Shown here: positions 34,109 to 43,161 of the stretch, piece by piece | Layout of the letters: each line of letters starts with the position of its first letter | Position numbering within the stretch: the first letter of the stretch is position 1 | Assembly (NCBI GenBank): GCA_029013165.1 | Contig: JAQXMV010000059.1 | Location: 1-46,335 of the forward strand | DNA from: Oscillospiraceae bacterium | GTDB lineage: Bacteria > Bacillota > Clostridia > Oscillospirales > Acutalibacteraceae | Length of the DNA: 46,335 nt | Reading direction: 5' to 3' | Position numbers and translations under genes: made by a program | Notes under the pieces: model-generated | What the model was told of the DNA's origin: nothing | Database searches by the model: none | The model's input: only the letters and a program-made list of their open reading frames with translations

Positions 34109-34973
34109 AAAAACCAAGAGGGGAGAAAAATGGCGTCACGGTGTGCAGACACTTTGGGCAGTGCTGACCAATAGCTTTTTGATCGGTTTCATCAAAGGCA
34201 AGATTTACACCGGTCCGCTGAAAAATCTCTGTGTGCCGGGCTTGAACTGCTATTCCTGCCCCGGCGCGCTGGGATCCTGTCCCATCGGCGCTCTGCAGTC
34301 GGTTATCGGCTCGAAGAATTATAAAGTCTCCTTTTATGTGGTTGGCTTTCTGATTTTTGTCGGCGCCCTGTGCGGCCGCTTTGTCTGCGGCTGGCTGTGT
34401 CCGTTCGGTTTCATTCAGGATCTGCTTCATAAGATCCCTTTCCCGAAAAAGCTCAGAACCTTTCGGGGAGACAGGCTCCTGAGAAAACTGAAATATGTGG
34501 TTTTGGTTCTCTTTGTCATTCTTCTGCCGATGTTTGCCGTGGATCAGTTCGGGATCAGTGATCCGTGGTTCTGCAAGTATATTTGTCCGGCCGGCACTCT
34601 GGAGGGCGGTTTGCCGCTGGTGCTGCTGAATCAAGCCCTGCGAAGCACGGTGGGTTGGCTGTATGCCTGGAAAAATGTTCTTCTGCTTCTGACCGTTCTG
34701 TTGTCGGTGATCATTTATCGACCCTTTTGCAAGTACCTTTGTCCCCTCGGCGGCATCTATGCGCTCTTTAACAAGGTGTCGGTTTTTTCTCTGCGATTTC
34801 AGGAGGAAAAATGCGTCCACTGCGGAAAATGTGCGGATATCTGCAAAATGAATGTAGATCCTGCCGTCAATCCCTGTGACAGTGAATGTATCCGATGCGG
34901 ACTGTGTGTAGGAGCGTGTCCCGTCAGTGCCCTGGAGCTGGCAAAGAATCTAAAAAAGAAAGAGAAAGACTGA
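34101..34973 (+). CDS. Polytopic membrane 4Fe-4S protein (NapH/MauN-like polyferredoxin)
   Basis: Motifs CYSCP, CGWLCPFG, CKYICPAG and CKYLCPLG lie within TM-rich sequence. Two C-terminal ferredoxin motifs follow: CVHCGKCADIC and CIRCGLCVGACP. The TTG start at 34101 overlaps the miniprotein stop by 8 nt, so the start is uncertain. Confidence 0.8.
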   Translation: MDKKTKRGEKWRHGVQTLWAVLTNSFLIGFIKGKIYTGPLKNLCVPGLNCYSCPGALGSCPIGALQSVIGSKNYKVSFYVVGFLIFVGALCGRFVCGWLCPFGFIQDLLHKIPFPKKLRTFRGDRLLRKLKYVVLVLFVILLPMFAVDQFGISDPWFCKYICPAGTLEGGLPLVLLNQALRSTVGWLYAWKNVLLLLTVLLSVIIYRPFCKYLCPLGGIYALFNKVSVFSLRFQEEKCVHCGKCADICKMNVDPAVNPCDSECIRCGLCVGACPVSALELAKNLKKKEKD

Positions 34974-35008
34974 AAAGGGTTAAAATTGAAAAAGTTTGTA
35001 AAAAAGCC

Positions 35009-35037
35009 TTGACATTCGCCTTGGTTGTGGGTATAAT
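35009..35037 (+). promoter_or_regulatory. Consensus promoter of tRNA-Gln
   Basis: TTGACA (35009-35014), 17-nt spacer, TATAAT (35032-35037), 13 nt upstream of the mature tRNA 5' end. Confidence 0.65.
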
Positions 35038-35050
35038 ACCTAATGTTCGT

Positions 35051-35124
35051 TGCGGAATTGTGTAAGGGTAGCACAGCAGACTCTGACTCTGTTTGTCTGG
35101 GTTCGAATCCTAGTTCCGCAGCCA
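35051..35124 (+). tRNA. tRNA-Gln (anticodon CUG), CCA encoded
   Basis: Hand-folded cloverleaf. Acceptor stem TGCGGAA/TTCCGCA with the U1-A72 pair typical of bacterial tRNA-Gln. D stem GTGT/GCAC. Anticodon stem GCAGA/TCTGT with loop CTCTGAC (CTG at 35083-35085). T stem CTGGG/CCTAG with loop TTCGAAT. Discriminator G, then CCA. Confidence 0.9.
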
Positions 35125-35129
35125 AATAC

Positions 35130-35158
35130 AGAGCACTTCTTCGGAAGTGCTCTTTTAC
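35130..35158 (+). terminator. Intrinsic terminator after tRNA-Gln
   Basis: AGAGCACTTC (35130-35139), loop TTCG, GAAGTGCTCT (35144-35153), then TTTT. Confidence 0.75.
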
Positions 35159-35303
35159 TTTACCTGAACCGATGATCGTCGATCCCGGCTCAGGCTTATT
35201 TTTTCTGCAGTGTCGGTATAAGCGTAAAACGATTTTTACATGAATTGAAAACAGAGAGATTATAATGAGAACGAAGACAAAGCTTATTTGTGAGGGTGGT
35301 ATT

Positions 35304-36554
35304 ATGAATCTCTTCAAACATCTCAAAGTCATCATTCTTTTTACAGTTGTTGCGGCTTCTCTGATCATGGCCCTTTGGCTCTGCGTGAACCATTTGGGAG
35401 AAGCAGAGATAGACACGGCGCCGTCGGTCGAAGTGACTGAGGTGGTCAAGGAAGAACCCTCGGACTATGAGACGCTGCTGGCTGAACTGAATGCGGCACT
35501 GAATGAAAAAAACTTTTCCGATGAGGTGAGGCAGCTCTTTGTTACCGTTCTGGATCTTCTTTATCAAAACTATCCGAGCTGGCAAAAGGCATACCGTGAT
35601 CTGCCCGCAGTCGAAGACTATATCCGAAGTCATCTGATTGATACGGTGAAGCTGGTGGAGTTTGTCGATTTCATTGATGAGGATTCGGAGGAAGCGCAAA
35701 AGCTCTATGATGAGGGAGAGCCGTCAGGCTGGACGGAAATAGATTTTGACGATCGGCTGAAGATCGTGATTATCGGCCATGTATTTGAAGACAGTGACAA
35801 CGAATATCAGATTATTACGACTGCTGAAATGTTTTTCCACGAATTGACTCATTGCAGAGAAAAGAGATTGGTATTTAACAGTGATGCTTTCTGTGAGGAG
35901 TGTTTCGCTATCAGTGATATTGTTATCGAGGGCGGTGCAACCTTTCATGAGAAGTTTGTTTTCGACATTTCCGAGGAGAGCCACGGCTCATGGTCGGTAG
36001 AAAACAGCGGCGGCACACAGGAGATAGATTATGAAAAAAATAACTGCATCGGCTATCTGTTCCAGATGAATGCCTATGAAAAGCTGGTATATTTGGCGGG
36101 GTTTGAGGCGATTGATCAGCTGGAAAGAAATGAGATATCTTTCGATGAGTTTAAAGGAATCATCGCTTCAAAATATGGCAAAGCACAGACAGAGGCATTT
36201 TTTGAAAAGATGGTGGATTGGTACGATGAGTATGATGTCAGCTATCAATCGGATGCGGTCTTCCGGCTTTCCGTGGAGCTGGAAAATATGTTCCTGGCTT
36301 TCATGAAAAAAGATATCATGAAGATGAGCTATAAAGAGGCGGAGGAATTCCGGGAAACCTATCACATCTATCGTACCAAAATCATGCCGAGAGCCAGAAT
36401 TCCGGAAACCTATGAGGATATTACAGACAGTGTTTTCAATGTGGCCGAGACCGACAGAGCACTGGAAGAAAAGCTGACTGTGCAAAACAATATAGGTGAA
36501 AATCACCAAAAACTCGCTTCACACAATATGGAATATGACGGAAAACCTTTCTGA
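35304..36554 (+). CDS. N-terminally membrane-anchored protein with HExxH motif (putative zinc metallopeptidase-like), unknown family
   Basis: GAGGGTGG RBS precedes the ATG at 35304. The TM helix is VIILFTVVAASLIMALWLCV. HELTH lies at 35838-35852, with a downstream acidic candidate ligand (IEGGATFHE). Confidence 0.7.
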   Translation: MNLFKHLKVIILFTVVAASLIMALWLCVNHLGEAEIDTAPSVEVTEVVKEEPSDYETLLAELNAALNEKNFSDEVRQLFVTVLDLLYQNYPSWQKAYRDLPAVEDYIRSHLIDTVKLVEFVDFIDEDSEEAQKLYDEGEPSGWTEIDFDDRLKIVIIGHVFEDSDNEYQIITTAEMFFHELTHCREKRLVFNSDAFCEECFAISDIVIEGGATFHEKFVFDISEESHGSWSVENSGGTQEIDYEKNNCIGYLFQMNAYEKLVYLAGFEAIDQLERNEISFDEFKGIIASKYGKAQTEAFFEKMVDWYDEYDVSYQSDAVFRLSVELENMFLAFMKKDIMKMSYKEAEEFRETYHIYRTKIMPRARIPETYEDITDSVFNVAETDRALEEKLTVQNNIGENHQKLASHNMEYDGKPF

Positions 36555-36635
36555 ACAGGAATAAAATACCGGTTTTATGACCATTTTACACAATTCATTC
36601 ACCGAAATGTCCGTTATTATTTGGCATAAAGCACC

Positions 36636-36664
36636 TTGAATTTCCCAATGAAATATCGTATAAT
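36636..36664 (+). promoter_or_regulatory. Promoter of the 77-aa protein gene
   Basis: TTGAAT (36636-36641), 17-nt spacer, TATAAT (36659-36664). Confidence 0.55.
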
Positions 36665-36707
36665 AAGACATGCTCAAAAAGCAAATATATTCAATGGAGT
36701 TTTTTCT

Positions 36708-36941
36708 ATGAAAAAAGTAGTTTGCAAGGTAGAATACGATACCGAAAAGTCAGAACTGATCGGTAAGCGCGTAAGCGGCGAATTCGGTGACCCTGCCGGT
36801 TATGAGGAAAGCCTCTATAAGACGGCTGACGGAAAGTACTTCCTTTATGTAAACGGCGGAGCAGAGTCCATTTATCCCGAGGAAAATATCAAGAGACTCT
36901 CCGTTGCCAAGGCTGAAGAATTTATCAAGGCCAACCTGTAA
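36708..36941 (+). CDS. Small cytoplasmic protein of unknown function (77 aa)
   Basis: GGAG RBS precedes the ATG at 36708 (MKKVVCKVEYDTEKSELIGKR...). The gene has its own promoter and a strong terminator. The track start at 36636 coincides with the promoter -35 box. Confidence 0.6.
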   Translation: MKKVVCKVEYDTEKSELIGKRVSGEFGDPAGYEESLYKTADGKYFLYVNGGAESIYPEENIKRLSVAKAEEFIKANL

Positions 36942-36964
36942 TTTCGTGTATTTATCTTACGATT

Positions 36965-37003
36965 GAGACCGTCCGCAATCAAGCGGACGGTCTCATACTT
37001 TTT
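36965..37003 (+). terminator. Intrinsic terminator
   Basis: 12-bp perfect stem GAGACCGTCCGC / GCGGACGGTCTC followed by ATACTTTTT. Confidence 0.8.
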
Positions 37004-37048
37004 ATCATTCATTCTCTGTTCCGGTGAAGAGAAAACCCTTTTTCTCAA

Positions 37049-37077
37049 TTGACTAATTATATCAGGAATGGTATAAT
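37049..37077 (+). promoter_or_regulatory. Promoter of the fucosidase/fucose cluster
   Basis: TTGACT (37049-37054), 17-nt spacer ending in TGg, TATAAT (37072-37077). Confidence 0.55.
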
Positions 37078-37120
37078 TCAACTGAATATAACTGCATTTT
37101 TTGGAAAAAGAGGTGTTACG

Positions 37121-38494
37121 GTGAAAAGAATCGGCACGAAGGATCTTTCTGACCGGAAAAACGATATCTCCCTGAGCACAGAGGAGACAGAGCGACTGCT
37201 CTCAGTCAGACCCAATGACAATCAGATCAGACTGGCCGAAAAGCCCTTTTATGTCTTTATCCATTTCGGAATGAACACGGCAACGGGCCGGGAATGGGGC
37301 AGCGGCAAAGAGACGGTTCAGGATTTTGATATCCGACACATTGATGTGGCGCAGTGGGTCGACAGCATTGTCCAAAGCGGTGCTACGGGAATTATCCTGA
37401 CCTGCAAGCATCATGACGGATTTTGCCTGTGGAATACGGCCTATACCGATTTCAATATTATGAATACGCTTTACGGTAAAGATCTCACGGCGGAGCTTTC
37501 CGCCGCGTGTCAAAAGGCGGGTCTTGATTTTGGCGTCTATCTTTCTCCCTGGGATATGCACGAAAAAAGCTACGGCAGTGCAGAATATAACGACTATTTT
37601 GCCGGACAGCTCACGGAACTGCTCACGAACTACGGCGAGATCTTCGAGGTTTGGTTTGATGGTGCCAAGGGCAGTAATGCCAAGGACTTCACCTACGACT
37701 GGGAACGGTATTATGGCATTATCCGTTCTCTTCAGCCCGGGGCGAATATTGCTGTCTGCGGCCCGGATATCCGCTGGGTGGGCAATGAGGCCGGTAAGGC
37801 GCGGAAAAACGAATACTGCGTGGTGCCGGACTATCTGAGAAAAACGGAAACCATTGCGAAAAACTCTCAGCATGAAGAAGGGGCCGCCGCGGATCTCAAG
37901 CGAGTGGGAACCATGGACGAGGATCTCGGCTCCCGTGAGCTTTTGTCCCGGACGCAGAAGCTCTGCTGGTATCCGGCAGAGGTTGATGTGTCTATACGCA
38001 AGGGCTGGTTCCACCGCAGGGCTGAGAATCTGACGGTGAAAAGCGCCGGCAGACTTTTCGGGATTTATCTGACCTCTGTGGGAAACAACTGTACGCTGCT
38101 GCTGAATGTTCCGCCCAGCCGGGACGGCGTCATTGACAGTCGTGACAGAAAATCCCTGCAAAAGCTCGGCAAAAAGCTCCGTTCCATGACGGCAAAGCCG
38201 ATCTTGACGAGAGAGGCGGTGACGCCTGAAGATAACAGGATTCTCTTCGATTTCGGCGGAAAAAAGACCGTGCGATACTGCATTTTGCAGGAGGATATCG
38301 CCTTCGGTCAGCGAATCGAAGCCTTTGCCCTTTATCTGAAAAAGCCCGGCGGAAAAAAAGAGTTAGTTTACCGCGGCGGCGTAATCGGCATGAGAAAGAT
38401 CATACCTTTGACCGGCAGAGCTGTAGGTGCCCAACTGGAGATCCTCGGCAGCAGGGGAGAACCACACATCAAATTTGTTGGTTTTTATGAATGA
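37121..38494 (+). CDS. GH29 alpha-L-fucosidase, no signal peptide (cytoplasmic)
   Basis: GH29 blocks are present: FGMNTATGREWG, TCKHHDGFCLWNT, YLSPWD and FEVWFDGA. The GTG start at 37121 follows AGAGG; the start is uncertain. Confidence 0.85.
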   Translation: MKRIGTKDLSDRKNDISLSTEETERLLSVRPNDNQIRLAEKPFYVFIHFGMNTATGREWGSGKETVQDFDIRHIDVAQWVDSIVQSGATGIILTCKHHDGFCLWNTAYTDFNIMNTLYGKDLTAELSAACQKAGLDFGVYLSPWDMHEKSYGSAEYNDYFAGQLTELLTNYGEIFEVWFDGAKGSNAKDFTYDWERYYGIIRSLQPGANIAVCGPDIRWVGNEAGKARKNEYCVVPDYLRKTETIAKNSQHEEGAAADLKRVGTMDEDLGSRELLSRTQKLCWYPAEVDVSIRKGWFHRRAENLTVKSAGRLFGIYLTSVGNNCTLLLNVPPSRDGVIDSRDRKSLQKLGKKLRSMTAKPILTREAVTPEDNRILFDFGGKKTVRYCILQEDIAFGQRIEAFALYLKKPGGKKELVYRGGVIGMRKIIPLTGRAVGAQLEILGSRGEPHIKFVGFYE

Positions 38495-38603
38495 ACGGCC
38501 CTTTGCCCGACTGCGTTTTTTTAGAAAAGGTCTTTTCTTTTGACCGAGTTATGATATAATAAAAGCAACTGTAAAGATATGGAATGTTAAAGGAGACGAA
38601 AAA

Positions 38604-39329
38604 ATGGAAATGAAAGCTTCACAGCAGGAAATTGAACTGATCAAATCACAAATCTGCGATGTCTGCCATAAGATGTGGCAGTTGGGTTGGGTGGCGGCCA
38701 ATGACGGCAATGTCAGCGCCTTGCTCTCCGACGGCACGGTTCTTGCCACGCCCACGGGTATGAGCAAGTCCTTTATCACACCGGAAAAGCTCGTTCGCCT
38801 CGACCGTCAGGGAAATGTTCTTGAAGCCGCCGAGGGACTGCGCCCCTCCAGCGAGATCAAGATGCACCTGCGCTGTTATGATAAGCGAGAGGATGTTTTC
38901 AGCGTCATTCACGCCCATCCGCCGGGAGCCACGGGCTTTGCCGTCGCTCACCGTTCCATGGATATGTATAATATGATCGAAGATGTGGCGGCCATCGGTT
39001 CGGTACCTCTCACACCCTACGGCACACCTTCCACGGCAGAGGTTCCCGACGCCATTGAGCCCTATCTGGAGGAGCACGATGTCATGCTGCTGGAGAATCA
39101 CGGCGCTCTGGCCGTGGGAAGCGATGTGATCACGGCTTTTTACAGAATGGAGAGCCTGGAGCTCTGGGCCAAAATCACCATAAACGCCATCATTCTCGGC
39201 GGCAGCCATGACATCAGCCGTGAAAATATTGACAAGCTTATTAACCTGAGAAAATACTATCAGATCACGGGTCGCCATCCCGGATATAAGAAATATCCAA
39301 AAGATGAGAGCGAACCCACCGATCGCTGA
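38604..39329 (+). CDS. fucA: Class II aldolase, probable L-fuculose-1-phosphate aldolase
   Basis: Class II aldolase/adducin blocks are present (NDGNVSA, TPTGMSK, PSSEIKMHL, VIHAHPP, LENHGALAVG). The gene sits with fucU, the kinase and fucI. Confidence 0.8.
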   Translation: MEMKASQQEIELIKSQICDVCHKMWQLGWVAANDGNVSALLSDGTVLATPTGMSKSFITPEKLVRLDRQGNVLEAAEGLRPSSEIKMHLRCYDKREDVFSVIHAHPPGATGFAVAHRSMDMYNMIEDVAAIGSVPLTPYGTPSTAEVPDAIEPYLEEHDVMLLENHGALAVGSDVITAFYRMESLELWAKITINAIILGGSHDISRENIDKLINLRKYYQITGRHPGYKKYPKDESEPTDR

Positions 39330-39344
39330 GAAAGGAGCAAAGCT

Positions 39345-39776
39345 ATGCTGAAAAATATTCCGTCCGTTCTGTCTCCGGAACTGCTGAAAGTCCTCATGGA
39401 AATGGGACACAGCGACGAGATCGTCCTCGGTGACGGCAACTTCCCTGCCTGCACCATGGGAAAAGACAGTCAGGTGATCCGCGCAGACGGTCTGGGCGTA
39501 ACGGAACTGCTTGACGCGATTCTGACGCTGATGCCCCTTGATACCTATGTGGAGTGTCCCGTGGCACTCATGCAGACAGTCCCGGGTGACCCCACGCCGA
39601 CTATCTGGCAGGATTATAAAAATGTCATCGCCAAGCACGGTGAGGATCCTGAGAGGATTGAAATGGTGGAGCGCTTCGCTTTCTATGAAAGAGCGAAGAA
39701 AGCCTGCGCCATCGTTGCCACAGGAGAAACGGCCGTCTATGCCAATATTATCCTGAAAAAAGGAGTTGTCAAATGA
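39345..39776 (+). CDS. fucU: L-fucose mutarotase (RbsD/FucU family)
   Basis: 143 aa, MLKNIPSVLSPELLKVLMEMGHSDEIVLGDGNFPA, the typical FucU N-terminus. Confidence 0.85.
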   Translation: MLKNIPSVLSPELLKVLMEMGHSDEIVLGDGNFPACTMGKDSQVIRADGLGVTELLDAILTLMPLDTYVECPVALMQTVPGDPTPTIWQDYKNVIAKHGEDPERIEMVERFAFYERAKKACAIVATGETAVYANIILKKGVVK

Positions 39777-41227
39777 AAGACGCAAAAAAGGACTGTAAGG
39801 TTTTAGCCTTTGACTTCGGCGCCTCCAGCGGACGGGGCATTTTAGGACGGTTCTGCGGCGGTGAACTGACGTTGGAGGAGATTCACCGCTTTGATAATGT
39901 CCCCGTGGAGGCCGACGGTGCTCTGCGCTGGAACTTTGACGAGCTGATGCGGCAGGTTCATGTGGCGCTGGATAAGGCAGGACCGGTGGACGCCATAGGC
40001 TTTGACACCTGGGGCGTGGATTTCGGTCTGATCGGCTGTGACGGCAAGCTCCTCGAGTTGCCGGTGCATTACCGCGACGGCAGAACGGAGGGTATGCCCG
40101 ATGAGGCCTTTGCCCGGATGAGTCCCGATGAACTCTATGGCGAAACCGGCAATCAGATCATGGCGATCAATACCCTTTTTCAGCTTCTTTCCCTGAAAAA
40201 GAACAAGCCGGCGTTGCTGGAAAAAACGAAGCAGATCCTGATGATGCCGGATCTTTTTGCTTATTCTCTCTGCGGCAGAGGTGTGTGTGAAAAAACCATC
40301 GCCTCCACCACACAGATGCTCAGTCCCCTCAGCGGAAAATGGAGCGACAGAGTCCTCGGCTGTTTCGGGATTGACAAGGACAAGTTTGCGCAGTCTGTCG
40401 ACAGCGGAAGCATCATCGGTACATACAAAGGCGCCGCCGTCATTTCGGTGGCGGGGCACGACACCCAGTGCGCAGTGGCGGCCATGCCGGTCACCGGTGA
40501 GGAGAATGCTTTCCTTTCCTGCGGCACCTGGTCCCTTTTAGGCTGTGAGCTGACGGCTCCCGTTCTCAGCGGCGAGAGCCGCAGGGCGGAGCTTTCCAAT
40601 GAGCTGGGCGCCAACGGCAAGGTCAATTACCTCAAAAATATTATCGGCCTTTGGCTGATACAGGAGAGTCGCCGTCAATGGAAACGCGAGGGAAAGGACT
40701 ATTCCTACGCTGAGCTGGAGGCGCTAGCGCTGGAAAGCGAGGCTTTCCAATGCTTCATTGATCCCGACGATCCTCTTTTCACACCGCCGGGCGATCTCCC
40801 GGGAAGAATCAGGGATTATTGCCTCAAAACCGGACAGAAGGTGCCGGAGACGGTGGGCGAGGTTATGCGCTGTATCTATGAAAGCCTGGCGCTGAAATAC
40901 AGTGTCGCTGTTTCTCAGCTTCAGCAGCTGACGGGCAAGCACTTCACTTCTCTTAATATTCTCGGCGGCGGCACCAAAGACAGACTGCTGTGCAAAATGA
41001 CGGCTGACTGTACCGGCTTGTCCGTGACGGCCGGGCCCGTAGAAGCTACGGCTCTGGGCAATATCATCATTCAGCTCACGGCTCTCGGCGCCCTTGACAG
41101 CCTGGATGAGGGCAGAAAACTCATTGCTAAAACACAGCCGCTGAAACAATATCAGCCGGAGAACACCCCGGAATGGGAAAAAGCGAAAAAGAGATATGAC
41201 AGTCTCTTGCAATATACAAACAGATAA
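39773..41227 (+). CDS. fucK: FGGY-family sugar kinase (rhamnulokinase-like; probable L-fuculokinase by context)
   Basis: [13 protein letters not shown] and GHDTQCA are FGGY motifs. The start overlaps fucU in an ATGA 4-nt overlap. Substrate assignment rests only on operon context. Confidence 0.75.
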   Translation: MKDAKKDCKVLAFDFGASSGRGILGRFCGGELTLEEIHRFDNVPVEADGALRWNFDELMRQVHVALDKAGPVDAIGFDTWGVDFGLIGCDGKLLELPVHYRDGRTEGMPDEAFARMSPDELYGETGNQIMAINTLFQLLSLKKNKPALLEKTKQILMMPDLFAYSLCGRGVCEKTIASTTQMLSPLSGKWSDRVLGCFGIDKDKFAQSVDSGSIIGTYKGAAVISVAGHDTQCAVAAMPVTGEENAFLSCGTWSLLGCELTAPVLSGESRRAELSNELGANGKVNYLKNIIGLWLIQESRRQWKREGKDYSYAELEALALESEAFQCFIDPDDPLFTPPGDLPGRIRDYCLKTGQKVPETVGEVMRCIYESLALKYSVAVSQLQQLTGKHFTSLNILGGGTKDRLLCKMTADCTGLSVTAGPVEATALGNIIIQLTALGALDSLDEGRKLIAKTQPLKQYQPENTPEWEKAKKRYDSLLQYTNR

Positions 41228-41243
41228 AAGGAGATGCAAAAAT

Positions 41244-43028
41244 ATGAACTATCCGAAGATTGGTATCAGACCCGTAATTGACGGCCGCTGGGGCGGTGTG
41301 CGTGAGAGCCTGGAAGTGCAGACCATGAATATGGCCAAGGCCGCGCAAAAGCTGATTACGGAGAATTTGTTTTATCCCGACGGTCACAGGGTCGAGTGCG
41401 TCATCAGTGAAACCACCATCGGCGGCGGCGCTGAGGCGGCCGCCTGCAGAAGACAGTTTGAAACTGAGAATGTCTGCGCGACGCTGTCCGTCACACCCTG
41501 CTGGTGCTATGGCTCCGAGACCTTTGATCAGGATCCCACCACGGTGAAAGCCGTCTGGGGCTTCAACGGCACGGAAAGACCCGGCGCCGTGTATCTTGCC
41601 GCGGTTATGGCGGCTCATGCCCAACGAGGACTGCCGGCTTTTGCCATTTACGGCCACGATGTGCAGGATATGACCGATACGAGCATTCCCGCCGATGTGC
41701 AGGAAAAGATTCTGCGCTTTGCCAGATGTGCCGTTGCCGTGGGCTGGATGAGAAACAAGAGCTATGTGAATCTCGGCGGTGTGGCAATGGGTATTGCCGG
41801 CAGCTACTGCGACGCTAATGTGTTCCAGAATTATTTCGGTCTGCGCCCCGAATGGGTGGACATGACGGAAATTATTCGCCGTATTCACCTGGGCATTTAT
41901 GACGCTGACGAATATGAAAAGGCTTTCGCCTGGGTCAAGGCCAACTGCAAAGAGGGCTTCGATGTCAACGCCGGCAAAGACTTGCCGGAAATCATCAGAA
42001 AGAGTAAGGTCGTTCCCGCCGATAAGGACTGGGAGTTTGTCACCAAAATGACCCTCGTTGTCCGTGATATTCTCTTCGGAAACAAGAAGCTCGACGAAAT
42101 GGGCTGGCATGAGGAGGCTCTTGGCAAAAATGCCGTTGCCGGCGGCTTCCAGGGTCAGCGCAACTGGACAGACTGGCTGCCCAACGGTGACTTCACCGAA
42201 GCGATCATGGCCTCGACCTTTGACTGGAACGGAGCCAAAATGCCGACGGCTTTTGCCACGGAAAACGATACCCTCAACGGTCTTTCCATGCTGCTTGGTA
42301 CGCTGGTCAGCCACAGCGCTCCCTGTTTCCACGATGTCAGAACCTATTGGAGTCCCGAAGCCTGCGAGCGCGTGACGGGTATGCGTCCTGACGGCGTTGC
42401 CGCAGAGGGCTTCATTCACCTGATCAATTCCGGTGCGACAGCTCTGGACGGCTCCGGCGCCGCCAAAAACGCCGACGGCGAGGGCTGCATGAAACCTTTC
42501 TGGGAGATGACTGACGCCGACCGTGCCGCCTGCATTGAGGCCACCGACTGGTGCCGTGCCAACTATGAATACTTCCGTGGCGGCGGATTCTCCAGTCATT
42601 TCCGTTGCCGTGCCACTATGCCCGTGACTATGCTTCGTATCAGCATTGTGGACGGTGTGGGCCCTGTTCTGCAGATCGCAGAGGGCTTCACGGCTGATCT
42701 GCCTGATCAGATCCACCAGACCATTGATGTCCGCACAGACAGAACCTGGCCGACCACCTGGTTTGTTCCGAGACTGACTGGTGAGGGCGCTTTCAAGGAT
42801 GTTTACAGCGTCATGGCAAACTGGAGCGCCAACCACGGCGTGACGGTTTACGGCCATGTGGGTGCAGACCTGATTACGCTGGCCTCCATGCTCAGAATCC
42901 CCGTGAGCATGCACAATGTTCCCGAGGAGAAGATCTACCGTCCCCATGCCTGGACGGGCTTCGGTACCATGGATTCACAGGCCGCCGACTATGCTGCCTG
43001 CAAGCATTACGGCCCGATGTATCAATAA
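41244..43028 (+). CDS. fucI: L-fucose isomerase
   Basis: AAGGAG RBS precedes the ATG at 41244. [24 protein letters not shown] matches the FucI N-terminus. 594 aa. Confidence 0.93.
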   Translation: MNYPKIGIRPVIDGRWGGVRESLEVQTMNMAKAAQKLITENLFYPDGHRVECVISETTIGGGAEAAACRRQFETENVCATLSVTPCWCYGSETFDQDPTTVKAVWGFNGTERPGAVYLAAVMAAHAQRGLPAFAIYGHDVQDMTDTSIPADVQEKILRFARCAVAVGWMRNKSYVNLGGVAMGIAGSYCDANVFQNYFGLRPEWVDMTEIIRRIHLGIYDADEYEKAFAWVKANCKEGFDVNAGKDLPEIIRKSKVVPADKDWEFVTKMTLVVRDILFGNKKLDEMGWHEEALGKNAVAGGFQGQRNWTDWLPNGDFTEAIMASTFDWNGAKMPTAFATENDTLNGLSMLLGTLVSHSAPCFHDVRTYWSPEACERVTGMRPDGVAAEGFIHLINSGATALDGSGAAKNADGEGCMKPFWEMTDADRAACIEATDWCRANYEYFRGGGFSSHFRCRATMPVTMLRISIVDGVGPVLQIAEGFTADLPDQIHQTIDVRTDRTWPTTWFVPRLTGEGAFKDVYSVMANWSANHGVTVYGHVGADLITLASMLRIPVSMHNVPEEKIYRPHAWTGFGTMDSQAADYAACKHYGPMYQ

Positions 43029-43043
43029 GAATAAGATGATGCT

Positions 43044-43087
43044 GCCCCGGCTTCGGCGCGAAAGCGCTCCCGACGGGGCGGCTTTTC
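43044..43087 (+). terminator. Probable terminator of the fucose cluster
   Basis: Outer stem GCCCCG/CGGGGC encloses an inner GCGC-GAAA-GCGC hairpin and is followed by GGCTTTTCT. Confidence 0.5.
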
Positions 43088-43161
43088 TCTGACAGACAGT
43101 TCTTTATCCGAAATGCACAGCAGACAGTGGTTGTGCGAAAACAAGAAAGGAAGTTACGTTT

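Noticed and set aside
35043-35243. 66-aa plus-strand ORF.
   Set aside because: It overlaps the tRNA-Gln gene and its terminator, so it is not coding.
35125-37048. Integrated mobile element at the tRNA-Gln 3' end.
   Set aside because: There is no integrase, recombinase or excisionase, and I saw no duplicated tRNA 3' segment. Only a weak compositional hint remains, reported as a low-confidence islet.
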